64,000 nt of DNA from Callorhinchus milii (taxonomy: Eukaryota), in NCBI RefSeq assembly GCF_018977255.1, contig NW_024704742.1, positions 41,914,001 to 41,978,000 of the forward strand, written 5' to 3'. Of the stretch, positions 11,290-23,780 are shown piece after piece (position 1 is the stretch's first letter; each line of letters begins with the position of its first letter). The translations under genes and the position numbers were made by a program. The notes beneath the pieces were generated by a model, which was not told the DNA's origin, did not search any database, and saw only the letters and a list, made by a program, of their open reading frames with translations.

Positions 11290-12200
11290 GCGCATTGATC
11301 TTTACATGAGATCATGTCATAAGGCTCAGGAGAAACTCACTTACGTGGCATTCATTGATTTCTGTAAGACTTTCGATCTTGAGACTCATGAAGCCCACAT
11401 CACAAAACTGGAAGCTGTGGGAACTTATGGGCAAATTTTGCATTTTATTCAGGATATGTATTTCAGCTTCAAGATCCATGTAGGGTTGATGGGAGACTCA
11501 CCAAGCCTATCCCTCTTGAAAGGGGCATAAAACAAGGCTGTCAACTGGTGACAATTGACAGCCTTATTTGTTGTAGTCAGCAATGATGTATTGGATGGCA
11601 ACGAAGGAGACGGATTTGGTGTGATACGCCATAAGAGAGGTCCTTGAAGGTATTAACTGGGATGTACAAGGGACATTGCCACAATTGTGCATTTGTACGG
11701 ATACCTGAGGGATTGTGGTGGACACCAACTTTTACTTGGATACTCTCCTTTGGCACTGCACTGAGAAGAGGCGATGGGTACTCTAGTCATCTCTCTTCAA
11801 TGACATTTTACTGCTAGTAAATGACCAGAAATGAGGTGGATTTGTGGTAAAAAGGAGAAGTGGCTCAGGAAGGGAGGACTCTGGCTTACACTGACCTGTT
11901 GCTGAGCATTCTAGAGACATAATCAATTTCACAGTCAAAATGTCTCTTTACAAAAAGCCCCTCACATGAGGACCTGGATTAAGCAGCTGGTGCTGAGTAA
12001 CCTGATATGTGGCATTCGACTTCAACCTTGAGAACATCAAGATGGCTGACACGTCCAAGATGTACTATAAACGTCCTCCCAACATGCTGAAGGCAATCTG
12101 TCCAATAGTTGATGAGGGACCACAGAGGTTTGGCTTGACAGTTGTTAGAAGGATTAACTTGGGGAGGAAGGAAAGCAGGGTCTCCTTGTGGCTGAATTGA
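11290..12200 (+). mobile_element. Ancient non-CR1 LINE reverse-transcriptase relic(s)
   Basis: Across frames: YVAFIDF.K.FD, KL..G..G..L..I..MY, GIKQGC (11524-11541), ALFVVVSNDVLD, then LKVLTGMY, LRRGD (11761), LFND, LAYTD-LLL (11881, YADD-like) and FDFNLENIKM. Confidence 0.65.
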
Positions 12201-13393
12201 CCAAGATGATGTGCTGGACAATGGAATGTCAGAATTCAATCAACCTTCTGTGAGGGTCTTGATAGTCTGATTCCTCAGCCACGCAAGCCCTGGCTTTATA
12301 AAAATAAAATTGTTCATAGAAATATGGCTGCTTGGTTGGTTACAAGGTAGATAGTTTGTATATTTCTAAATTCACACCTGTTGATATTTCCCTCGGTAGC
12401 ACTAATCACTAATGTATTCCTTTTGAGTTAATCTCGGAAACTCAACAACAGCTTGCATTTAGATAGCATCTTTCACATGGGGTAGCGTCTCTGAGCATTG
12501 AAACCTTATACTTAAAGGTGCAATTGATCTTTGAAAATGTGACACAGCGAGATGTAACAATATGTTTTTCCTGTTGAGAATTGTTCACACTCCTCCCTTG
12601 AGATTACAAAGTGCTAAAGTTTATGTCTGTACCCTGTACTGGACTGGAATAGTAACAGCTTGTTTGGACACCCTCTACATAACAATATGAATGTGTGGTC
12701 ATACCCATTAAATATTCTTATATACCTCTCTTGACTATCTAGCTATAAAGGAATAAATAACAAATACTTTCTTCCGACATCTGCTATTTTCTTTGGATTC
12801 ATTAGTATCCATTAAATTATTAAAGCATTGATTTTATGAATTTTTGTGAAATATTATATCTCATTTTGCAGATTCTAAAGGAAATGATGCCTGTGGCTGA
12901 CTTTTGATGCATTATTGAAAGATAAACAGAGACCACTGTAACAAATCCTCTTGGCTTGTTATTTCCCATGTGAAAGGTCTCGGTTTCACAAGGCTAAAGC
13001 AGACAAACAGCTCAAAATCTAAAGTTCTGCTCTTTAATCTAAAGTTCAAACCTTAATTTCAGCCCAGATAAACAGCCAATGAATATTTTTCTGGGGAATC
13101 ATATTCAAGAAATATTCTTGCAATGTCAATGTAAATCAAGCATTAATGGTAACAACTGACTGAATATTGATAAAAGAGGATCGTTGGCATTTTTGGAAAG
13201 GCTAAGCCTGGGAAAGAATCTGTTGTAATCATAACATACATCAAACTGAGACCATCACATTTTCATGACATAATGAGATCTAATTTCCAATATTCAGAAA
13301 TAGGATCTGAAGTGCTAATTTCCATTTGTGAATCAAAAAGCCTTTTAGTGCAGGCTTTTGCTGTCTTGATGCATATATAAATAATGTTTTAAT

Positions 13394-13560
13394 GCCTCGG
13401 GTTAATGTCTCATCTGAAGGGCAACAACTCCAACAATACAGCGTTTCCCAGTACTATATTAGAGTGTCAGCCAGGACTGAGTTCAAAGGCCAAATGTGGG
13501 GCTTGAATGCACAACCTTCTGACTCAGAGGCAAGTGTGCTAACAGCTGAGGTAGACTGAC
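13394..13560 (-). mobile_element. Deu-domain SINE, 5' part
   Basis: tctcatctgaagggc...ccagtactat...gtcagcc...acaaccttctgactcagaggcaagtgtgcta. Confidence 0.75.
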
Positions 13561-13919
13561 ACATAAGTAACAATCAAATTTATCATACTCACTGGAATGA
13601 GAGAGAATAAGATGCTCAGAGGAATGTCAGAAGCCGCTTCCTGTCTTAATTAGACTGTAGGCAGATGTGTTTGATGTTCTGGGGAAAAATTCCATGAACT
13701 GATCTTGTCACAACAACAACAATTTGGACTTATATAGTACATTTCACTTATGAAGAACATCTCATAGGCACTTTACAAAGACTGAGTGAGTGCCCACAGA
13801 TAGGAGGGATAGGGATAGGAACGGGTGGCTAAAAATGCAGTTAGGTTTTTAGAGAAAGGCATGAGGCAGAGAGATTTGGGAAGAGATGTTTGTTCATCTA
13901 ATAAAATGATGTCAGGTAA

Positions 13920-14190
13920 CAGTCTAGCTCAATCAGTGAGGTCCTTGTTTGCTTGTTTAGGTGAGGTTAAGGATACCATGTCATTTTTCAAAAAGTGAAG
14001 GGTTTTTCTCCAAGTGTCTGAGCCCCAAGTCCACCAGATCAATAATTGGTTACTCATTTAATGGCTGTGTTTGTGGGACACAATTGGCTGCACATTTGTC
14101 TACAAAATCCAGTTACTGAACTTTGCAGTAAATCCTGAGATGTTTGAAAAACAAATTATATTAAAAGCAAGTATTATTTTATTATCATTA
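13920..14190 (+). mobile_element. Degenerate Deu-domain SINE, 3' part
   Basis: gtttaggtga...ttaaggataccatgtcatt...tttgtgggacacaattggctgc...tacaaaat...gcaagtattatt. Confidence 0.55.
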
Positions 14191-16894
14191 TGAGAGACAA
14201 TTGGTTAAATGTAGAGAGTACACAAACATCCATCAGCACAAGAGTTTACTGTTTACCTGGGTCAGAAGCTCATTCACATGATCAGAGCACAGACACCTAG
14301 CAACAGTCCAGATTGTACGGGACAACACCAACAACGGTCTGTTTACGTGGCATCAGCTGGGAATATGGCAGAGGAAAAACATTACTTTTTTAATAAAATC
14401 TATATCATATTACAATGACAGTCATTTCTGGCCGGTCATTTTGGGATCCACCTGCCTAGCACATCCCCAGCTTAATCTAATGATTGCATCATTCATCTCA
14501 TTGGTAATACAGTAATGTGAATCATGATCCTGCATGAAGGGCAAATGGGATCATTTGGACTCTCATTCATAAATGCTCTTTGCAATTCAGTATAGCAGCA
14601 AACTAAGATCAACTACTGCTAGAATTGCGTTCATATTGCGGCCTGTTGATGAGAGCAAGCAGTTCTTAATTTGTTGCAAGGAGTCAAATCTGCACATGAC
14701 ATATTTCTCCACTACATCAAACCACACATCATCTAGATGTTTATTTTTTTTAAAAGGCGGGGGGTGGTGGGGAGTGCATTACGCAGCTGCTTCCAAGTGT
14801 TCCCTGTTTAAACAAGGGTGAGATACCAGACTTTAGCCATCAGTTTTTACCCAGGTATTTAATACATTTACCAATTTACCATTTACCAATTGAATTCTAC
14901 TCCCTCGACAGATAAACCTATCAAATACAAGGCAATGTACTGCGGAGACAGATTAACATTCAGAACTGTAAAAACACTGTTACATTAACTGTGTTTTTTT
15001 AAACTGCAGTTGCTAACGAAATGTTTGTTGGTTTAGATGTTTAGAACTAAATTTCACACTTACTTGGTGTGCACAACAATCAGCACGGGAAATACGCTTC
15101 AACGTACATTTGGTCTCGGGACTCAGAGAACCCATAGATTCCTCAAATTTAAAATAGCTCCAGTGTGGAAGCTTTCCCAACAGGCCATATAATCCAGTAC
15201 AAAAAGTGCTTTCACCTATTTAAAGCAGACAGCCCAAATGCCCATTATCAATGCATTCCACCAACGCCTGCTACAGCACCATCACAAAATTGAACAGGAG
15301 CAATCACACAACTAATAGGAATAATAGCAAGAAACAATCATCCTTTGGCACCTGACATTATGCATGGACACAGGGATACAAAGAGGCAAAATTGTCTCAC
15401 GGCATATAAAAGCACAATTTTTTCAAAAGTCAACTATTGTTCGAAATACATCCAAATTCAAAATGCTACAGTCTTGGCCAAAATTCTCAGTCCAAAGCTA
15501 GCTCCAATATTTCTGCTACTCCATTTTCTTTTCCTCCTCTTAGATGGATTCTTGTTCTAACCTCCAGAGACCAATCAAATTGGACATGCCATGAAGCAGC
15601 ACTGATCTCTAATGGAAAACAACAAGAGGGTGCAGATTTCTTGGGCCAACCATTATGCTGAAGTCGGGGGTGGAGAGCGAGTTGTTTACATCCACTTTTA
15701 GGAATAGATTGAAAAAGTCATGTTTCTTAACAAATTCTGCCACATATTGAAAATGTTCGGATTTGTAAAACGTTGTGTTTTTCACCCTGTGTTACTGTAT
15801 TACATTCACCCACAAAATATAGTCACTACATTTTATAGTAAATCCTGTGAAATGCTTTGAGAAGTCTCGCCAATGTGAAAAGGAGCAATATCAAATGTAA
15901 AGGTTATTTATTTTTATCTCTGTATTAAATAGGAGGTTACACAGTCGTGTAGGAGGTGTACAATTGTGGCCTCCCATTTAAGCCCCACCTCCAACCAGTA
16001 ATACTCACCCTGGGGTCTATCGCGTGCTGATTGCTAAGACATGATCGTTTCATGACAAGCTTATAATGGGATAACTCAGTCGGTAAGTCTGAGCCTGCTT
16101 TACAACACTACCGTGCCCCACTACCCCACATCAAAGAAAAATAAATTCCAATACTTGTTCAACAATGTAGTCGATAGTCCCTGATAAACTCCAAACGTCT
16201 TTACTTTATTTGGCTTCATTTTATGAGGGATCACAAAACAAATGGGCTACCACTGTAGCATGAACTATTTCCAACACAGTTGCCTCTAAAAACTATTCAT
16301 GGAAAACTGAAGCATTTTCCCATAAAGTTAGAGAATGGGCCAAATTTGTACAATTATGTCTGGAATGAACTTTAAAAGCTGCACATAAAAGAACTAAGGA
16401 ATACAGTATTTATGAAAATAATAAAGATAATTAAATGGAAAAAGTGTTTTAACTGCTTACCAGTTAAGCAATTCCCTTCTGTCCTCCTGGGCATACTTTT
16501 ATTCCTTATAAAGCTGTTAAATTTTCATTACATGGCAGACGGCACGTGCATATCTCTGATCAGGTATAGTACATGAGGACAGGGTACAGATGGCCATTAG
16601 TAACAATTAGGTTTTTGTTCTTATTGGAATCAATCCTTATGAAGTAAGAAAAGTGATCTGTCACATCAGAAAGAATATAAGCTTGAAATTCCACCTAGTC
16701 TTAGCCTGTAAGATCATGACATAAATTTTAAATCAGGTAAAACCGTGGAAAATTAAATTCATTTTTAATTTGGAGGCTTTTTTTGCAGTACTTAAAAATT
16801 AAGACTGAATTTAAGAGTTTTCCACAAATCTGGATGATCATAAATGTTAAGACAAATGGTTTCACAAGCTATGTCATGCCTATAATCTTGCCAT

Positions 16895-17285
16895 TGCCTG
16901 TGCTAATTTAGCTGATCTCAGGGCAGAGAAGGAAGTAGTTACTGATGTACCGAAAATGGGGAATTCACATTATAAGTGCACAATACCAAGGTTTGACACT
17001 ATCCTGATCAGCAGAAATGTGCATCTTAGAATTGACCAGAATGTTCTTTCAGTAGGGAACATTTGGGTTCTGACTCTTGATCATTGTTCCATTCTGGAAA
17101 GTGCCTTTGTATGATATCAATGTGAGGACAGAAATTAGAATGAGTTGTGATGCACCATATGGTTAACCAGACTGATAACGCTGGCTCACACCGAAAGAAC
17201 GGCCAATTGGTCAAGATGTTGGAGGGCTGTTGGTGCTGCAACTCAGGGTGTGACTGGCTTTAGTAGTACAGGGGAGAAAAGAGCT
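16895..17285 (+). repeat. Old unnamed SINE-like dispersed repeat (family A)
   Basis: gtgctaatttagctgatctcag...gtgaggacag...ggctcacac.gaaagaacggcca.ttgg...ggagggc...aggggagaaaa, shared with the other family A copies. Confidence 0.55.
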
Positions 17286-17944
17286 AGGAGGAGGAACAAC
17301 TTACATCTGAAATATTCCTTTTTCAATGGGACCAAAATGGCAAAGCAGAGATACAGTGTTGAGTTATTAGATTTGCCTTTACCCTCTTTTGTAGCCACTT
17401 ACAAAAGAAAGGATCCACAACCAAAGATTGTGAATTCTTGTTCAAAGCAATATAAGAATATGTGGAGTTTTAGAGGCATGAATTCTCTCTTTTGCTTCTT
17501 TTTATTTTTATATCTGCTCCATAAGTTAATTTTCTCCACAACTTATATCCCCGCCAATGTGAATTACAGATTAGTTTTTGCTTACATTGAGGTTAATATC
17601 ATTGGAACCTATTAAATAACATCATGCTGAGAGTACATGTGTTTGGCTGCTCCTGAGAGCATTTTCTGTCCTCCATGTTCTCCTTCACTAATGAGCTGGG
17701 TCAAGTTACTTCCATCTTTGGGTGAATATTATTTACATAAATTTTTCCAATTGAGTGAAGTGTGAAGTGCGTTGGGAGGAAATACACAACATAACAAGAC
17801 AGAGTCAGTGAGAAAAATATTCAAGCTATCTCACAGTGATGTGCAATATATTCACATTCCGCTGAAGTCCTGCAACACCTATGGGTGATTAATGGCAATT
17901 AAGAGAGGTTCCAAATGAAAAATGGTAAGGGTGAAAATCATAAC

Positions 17945-18085
17945 TATAATCCTTGCAATAATCCTTGCATTTCATATAGCGCTTTTCATATCGGGAGGAC
18001 GTCCCAAAGTGCTTCACAGAACACACTGTAAAGTGAATTGACTGTATATTTGTGGGCGAACGAGGCAGCCAATTGCACACAGCCA
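17945..18085 (-). mobile_element. 3' portion of tRNA-SINE (5'-truncated)
   Basis: aatccttgcatttcatatagcgcttttca...gggaggacgtcccaaagtgcttcacag...aattgcacacagc. Confidence 0.85.
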
Positions 18086-18460
18086 GCTGCTCAACCACTG
18101 GACTTCTAAGCCACAGATCATGGCATCAATATATCAGTTATAGGGTTACTGGTTTAACTGAACCTCCCCAAAAAATCTACACGTCAACAAATCCACAGGC
18201 CAGTTTCAGCACAACTAATGTAACAGAGTTGGAGGTAGAGGGTCACACATAGTTTTCGACAGATCTTGAGCACCATATTCATCTCCGATTGTGTTAGTTA
18301 CCACCAGTGACAATTATTACATTACACATTGCAATTTTCATCCAAACGAGGTTAAAACATCTGCCTACAAAATACAGTCACTACACTTTAGAGTAAATTC
18401 CTGTGAAGCGCATTGCGACATCCTCCCGATGTGAAAGGCAACATATCAAATGTAAGTATA

Positions 18461-18660
18461 AACAAAACGCAAAATAGTGCTGATGCTGGAAATCTGAAAC
18501 AAAAATAGAAGTCGCTGGGAACACTCAGCAGGTCAGGCAGCATCTATGGAGAAAGTAAAGTGAGTTAATGTTTCGGGTCCACGACCCTTCATCCCAACTG
18601 GGGCATGTTGGTAGGGAGAGGCTTTTAAGGACTAACAGAGAGGGGGGAGGCAGAGCAAGA
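18461..18660 (-). mobile_element. Penelope-like element terminal fragment with mutated hammerhead core
   Basis: Same sequence as the arms at 48532-48751 (gatgctggaaatctgaaacaaaaa...cagcaggtcaggcagcatctatggaga...tttcgggtccacgacccttc). Confidence 0.7.
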
Positions 18661-18794
18661 AAACACCTCTTTTCCCCTGTTTTGTTTTAATCCCCCCTTT
18701 TGTTTCGCATAATTAACACCTCTTTAACTCAGCATTCCCTGTTCTCTACCTCATTTTCCCCTTTGTCTTCCTTGCCCTGTAGAGTATGGAAATT

Positions 18795-18879
18795 TGTCCA
18801 AAGTTTCGCCCTGCCGGGAATCAAACCCAGGTCTCTCGCTTGCAAGGTGAGTGCTCTAACCACTGAGCTGCGGGACTCC
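18795..18879 (-). mobile_element. tRNA-SINE head only
   Basis: gtttcgccctgcc...tctcgcttgcaaggtgagtgctctaaccactgagctgcgggactcc. Confidence 0.85.
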
Positions 18880-20164
18880 AATGTAAAAATAAAAAATGCT
18901 GAAATGCAGTTGACTGAGCAATGCCTCAGAGAGAAAGTTTGATTAGCCCTTCAGATGTGACCGTTTGTGATGTTGGCTTGAGGGTCACGACTGAACTATT
19001 AACCTACCTTTTTTCAGGTATTGGAGAATCTGTAGTGTGTTTCCAGTCTACTTAGTTTTTCTTTTTGTCTCCAGCAGAAAAAAACATGAAATCTCAGGTC
19101 ACGCACTGGGTCACCATGATATCTGTGAGTCTCTATATGATGGCTGCGGCTTGTGATCTATCTGTAAAAACATTAGATATGGTACTGGAATCTTTCTGAA
19201 AGTGAATTTATCTAGTTTCCTAAGGGNAAAAAAGTATATACACTTGTCTGTATTCCTTGGTAGCAAATGATGTCACAGTGAACGCTTCTGACTCCGCATA
19301 ACATCTACATAAAAAAAAGCTCATTTGTGTCAGTGCCAAATTACCTTTCTAAAAACAAATAAGATAACCATTGAACAATTATTAAAACTGAAATACGCAT
19401 TTTCTGTAGCTGGAAGCTTCACCCGAGTTTTCTAATGTTGAAATAGGTCTTAATTTGCAGTATTTCTTAATTGGATTCTTTAATAAGGAATCCGATTTGT
19501 GCAAACAAGCCCATCTATTGGTAACTTTACACTGACCTATGCAATCAATTTCTGAAGTACCCATGGGTCAAGTGGGAATTCTAACACAATTTCTTATTAT
19601 TCACATTAAAGGTAGGGCAAATTAGCCCAAAGTATGTTGGAAAATTGATTGTATGAGATTTACCATGATTTTGGGCTGAGAGCACAGTTGATTGGGAGAT
19701 GGATTTGAAGTAGAAAGTTCAGATGAGTTTAAATCCTAGTGTCTTCACTCAACTCTTCACCTTTTGAGATTGATAAAATATGTCTCACATCTAAAACATG
19801 TTCTATGGGGAGGGTCATCCACCTCATGACTGATTATGGCTGCCACATTGCAATTCTTCTTGCTTTTCACAACATATTGAGGAAACAGTCTGATTTGCAG
19901 TTACCAGCAATCAACATGCTACATGTTTCTAAGTTGGCCGTGCAGAATTAGAAAATTACTCAGTCAGACGTCCTCGGCTATCTTGCTTCGTGTTGCACCT
20001 CTGCCAATTTCATAATTGTCATTTTTCTGCCCATGAGGGAGTCTCATCTATCATGGGTATGCATCAATAAAAGATTCCCAGCTCACCGGGTATACTGGCA
20101 CCTCCTGTCCAATCTTGGAATGTCATAGCAGTGGAGCAGGAGAAACTGTGACAGGATTGGGCTA

Positions 20165-20510
20165 TCTCTCTCTCTATTTACATTTGTAAAGCGCCATTCA
20201 GATTGGGAGGACGTCTCAAGGCGCTGGACAGTCAGGAATTTGGACCCAAGCAGGGGGATTGGGTTCAGGGAGGGTGGAGCGCAGAAAGGGTAGGAGGGTG
20301 GCCAAAGGCGCAGTCGAAGAGGAGGGTCTTGAGACATGCCTTGAAGGAGGCAAGGGAGGGAGCAAGGCAAAGGGAATGTGGGATGGAGTTCAAAAGAGTG
20401 CGACAGAGATGCTGAAGGCCTGACCACCGATAAAAACAACAACAACAACAAAAATTACATTTGTATAGCGCCTTTCACGTCGGGAGGACGTCCCAAGTGC
20501 ATAGCCTTCA
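20165..20510 (-). mobile_element. Two adjacent L2 LINE 3' end fragments
   Basis: Tails tacatttgta.agcgcc.ttca...gggaggacgtc at about 20180 and 20455, plus purine-rich L2 3' body (gcagtcgaagaggagggtcttgag). Confidence 0.8.
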
Positions 20511-21154
20511 ATTTGTACACATCAGGCAGCTTCCAGACACCAGCAGGATACATTCCCAGTTAAAATTGATCATTTATTTCTTGGCGCTTTGAGGATGGGA
20601 TGTTGCTGTGAGCAAATTGGCATTCACCTGCAAATATAGTCACTACATTTTATAGAAAATCCTGTGAAGCACTTTGAAATATTTCAATACCGTAATATAA
20701 AGTATATGTACCATCATATAATTTAAGTGAATTTCATGTATATTTCATATCCTTCAATATGTGTTTGATTATAATGGGATTCTCCATTATAAAATGGGAA
20801 GTTACTTCCAAATTACACATTGTTACATCACCTTACAGTATATCCTGTGAAGCTCTTTGAGACATTTCGACAATGTGATAAGACATTACTGTATTTCTGA
20901 ATACATTCCTTTGCTAATTAGGGAATGGAATGTCTTTAGGGGTGCCATAATTTTGACCCAATACATACATAAGCCATTTTGTAAAATTATTTGGATTGAA
21001 ATAGTCCTGCTGTTTCTGTTTTACTGGTGGTTTGATAGCCCTTTAATGTCTTTGGAAAACATTTGAGATTTACCTTCCCATTTGCTCATATCATATAGTT
21101 CAGCACAGGCATTAGCTTAGACTGCACTGTGTTGAGTCAGTCTAGCATGTCTCA

Positions 21155-22030
21155 TCCCATAGAATTACATGGAATGTTGCTACGTGGAAACAAGCCATTT
21201 GGCACAACTAGTTTATGTGGGTGTATATACCTCACATGAGAGTCCACTCTTCCTAATCCCCTCTAACATACCCCTCTAATCCATTTTCATTCATGTATGC
21301 ATTAAGTTTCCTCTTAAAAACATTTATACTTTTTGATTCAATCATAGCTTCCTAAAATCAGTTCCATATTCTCACTAAACTCTGCAAAAAAAAAGTTACT
21401 CCTAAACCCCCTTTCGGACCTGCTATTGTCTTATATTTATGCTCCCTCACTTAGGACTTACCAACAAGTGAATACAACTTAAGTGGAGCCCTGTAAATCA
21501 GTGGTTAGAGCACTCGCCTCACAAGTGAGAGACCTGGGTTCGATTCCTGAAAGGGCGAAACCTTGAGCTAGTTTCCTTACTCCACACACCTGATAATAAT
21601 CCCTCAAGAAAAAAATAATAAATTGGTCACTTCAATCCACGTCTGTTTGTGGGACACTGCTGTGTGCAATTGGCTGCCACGTTTTGCCCACAAATATACA
21701 GTCAATGCACTTTACAATATATTCTGTGAAGCGCTTTAAGACATCTAAGAAGATATGAAAAGCGCTATATCAAATGCAAGGATTATTATTAGTATTATCA
21801 TATACAACTTTTGATAAGGCCACCTTATCAAATCCTTTCATAGTTTTAAACACCTCTGAGGATCCCTTCAATATGTCTCTTCTCCAGAAAGAAAAACTCT
21901 AATCTGTCCAATCTCTCTTAATAGCTGGATCCAATCATCCCTGGCAACATCTTAGAAAATGTATGCTGTACTCTCTCTAATGCCACAATATCCTTCCTTA
22001 CAACATTACGTAACCCCAACTGAGGGAACC
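21155..22030 (-). mobile_element. Old CR1 3' region interrupted by a SINE
   Basis: catagaattacatggaat...gccatt...ttccatattctcacta...tttatgctccct, resuming after the SINE as ttttaaacacctct...ctctcttctccag...atccctggcaacatctt. Confidence 0.75.
21485..21800 (+). mobile_element. tRNA-derived SINE with target-site duplication
   Basis: Head ggagccctgtaaatcagtggttagagcactcgcc. Flanked by atacaactt at 21472-21480 and 21802-21810. Confidence 0.92.
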
Positions 22031-23589
22031 AGATCACCTCCTTCGAACAGTTGTACTCTGTGTTCCATCACCTCCAGTACAAACTCCTTGACTGCCTTAC
22101 TGTTCTATCATTACCTCCCTGACCATGCTATCTACACAGCTTGGATTCCCCAATTTTAAAATTTACTTAAGCTTGTTGAAAGTTGTATTAACCTGATTAT
22201 CATGACCACATTGTTATTAGCAGAGACACTTCCAGAATTGGCTCTAAATGCTTTCTGTAACTGACACTCACTATAAGAGAGTTTACCAGATTGGTAACTT
22301 AATACAGTCATGATCAGAGTTTATCATCCAAAGCAGATGACGGGGACTCCTAAACCTGTAAGAGCATGAAATACAAATGCAATGTTTTAAATTAACCAAA
22401 TTAACCATACAGTATATAGTTTGGGACATGACATGAGCATGCAACTTCAAGGATGGTGGAATGCCAACTAGATGGACCTTGGTTCTTCTTTCATCTAGCA
22501 ATACTTAAGTTCTAAGCCTCTTGCCATAGCTACTAGCATTATCTTCAGAAAGAACAATGAAGTTCAAATTTGGCAAAGCTGTTGCTTGTTTAAATGGAGA
22601 TTTGTTGATTAGGAAATGTCTACCAGTCCTGCATGTGCAGCATCACATTTGTGGCTTTTCTTCAAGCCTTGCTGTCAAGTGAGTGGAAACAAAACAATTT
22701 GTTTCGTTAAAAACACGTTCATTTGTAAACTTCTTCATTATCCACAACATTAAACCCTTGCTTGGCAGCAATTACTAAGTTGTTCCACTTGCTTGAGGCC
22801 AGGAAATGTCAAGGAATATTTCTTGATGATATTTGCTGGTGACTAAATGACATTCTTAAACATTAACAGTGTTTGAAACTTGCTGCTTGCACAGTTTAAT
22901 CGTTTCCAGAATGTTTGTTCAAACATTTGCAAGGCTGTGCATCACACGCAAAGAGGATGATTGCCAAGTCTCCCCTGTAAGAGTTGGCACCGTTGATAGC
23001 AATGTTTATTTCGCCACTAACTACACCAAATTAAAGCCAATACCAATCATGGGGTGCCTTACGCAATGTGACCTGTAGCATTATAATGTGTTTAAGCCCA
23101 ATGTAGAATTGAATATTAAGAGTATTAAGAGAAATTGGATTTGTTTGCTTTTTGGTCATGGGGATACTGCACTATTACTTCTTTAACTGTTCGTGCCTCT
23201 ATTATAAGATTCTTAAAGTCTGCCTCACAACCTTCCTCTTTGACCTTCATCTTTCCCCCCCACACAACCCCCATTCACCCCAACTTGGGTACCATCCCTG
23301 GACTGTCCAGCGCCTTGTGACTTCCTCCTATAAAATTGTAAATTTGTGTTGTATTGTATTCCTTCTGGCTGTACAGCATTTTTTTAAATATCAAAAAACA
23401 CTGATTGCTTTTGATCCCCAAGCACAGTTGTTCCTTGAAGTTTCCTGCATACCACAACCAATAGATTTTTTAAAAACTTATTTTAAGTTAGAACATATCT
23501 GAAACAACAACAGTTTGCACTTATATGAACTTGCCCTTCTTTTCTCAGACCCCACTACTTCTGAATGCTGTGACCTTACTAGACTCCCT

Positions 23590-23780
23590 CCACTCAGCAA
23601 ACACAAGTCTGCTTCATATTCCCCACCCACGCTATACCATCATTGGTGGGCGAGCCTTCAGTCACACTGCCCCTGTTGATCGGAACTCCATCCCAGAGTC
23701 CCACCGCCTTGCCCACTCTCTCTCTGCCTTCAAAACCCACCCAAAGTTCTATCTCTTTGACTGTGCTTTTGGTCGTCTTT
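23590..23780 (+). mobile_element. L2 3' region fragment
   Basis: Translates as TIIGGRAFSHTAP..RNSIP (the L2 ORF2 C-terminal G.RAFS..AP.LWN.LP motif), followed by ccttcaaaacccacc. Confidence 0.8.

Noticed and set aside
11595..12200. Long frame interrupted mostly by TGA codons (recoding, PIN-like VVDTNF motif, or viral insert)
   Set aside because: RT motifs are spread over several frames, so a frameshifted LINE relic is the simpler explanation.
19227..19227. Ambiguous base n (another at 27490)
   Set aside because: Single Ns next to homopolymers are sequencing or assembly artefacts.
22286..22355. Possible minus-strand exon with a good polypyrimidine acceptor
   Set aside because: The translation FRSPRHLLWMINSDHDCIKLPI is unrecognisable, the donor is weak, and there is no supporting gene structure.
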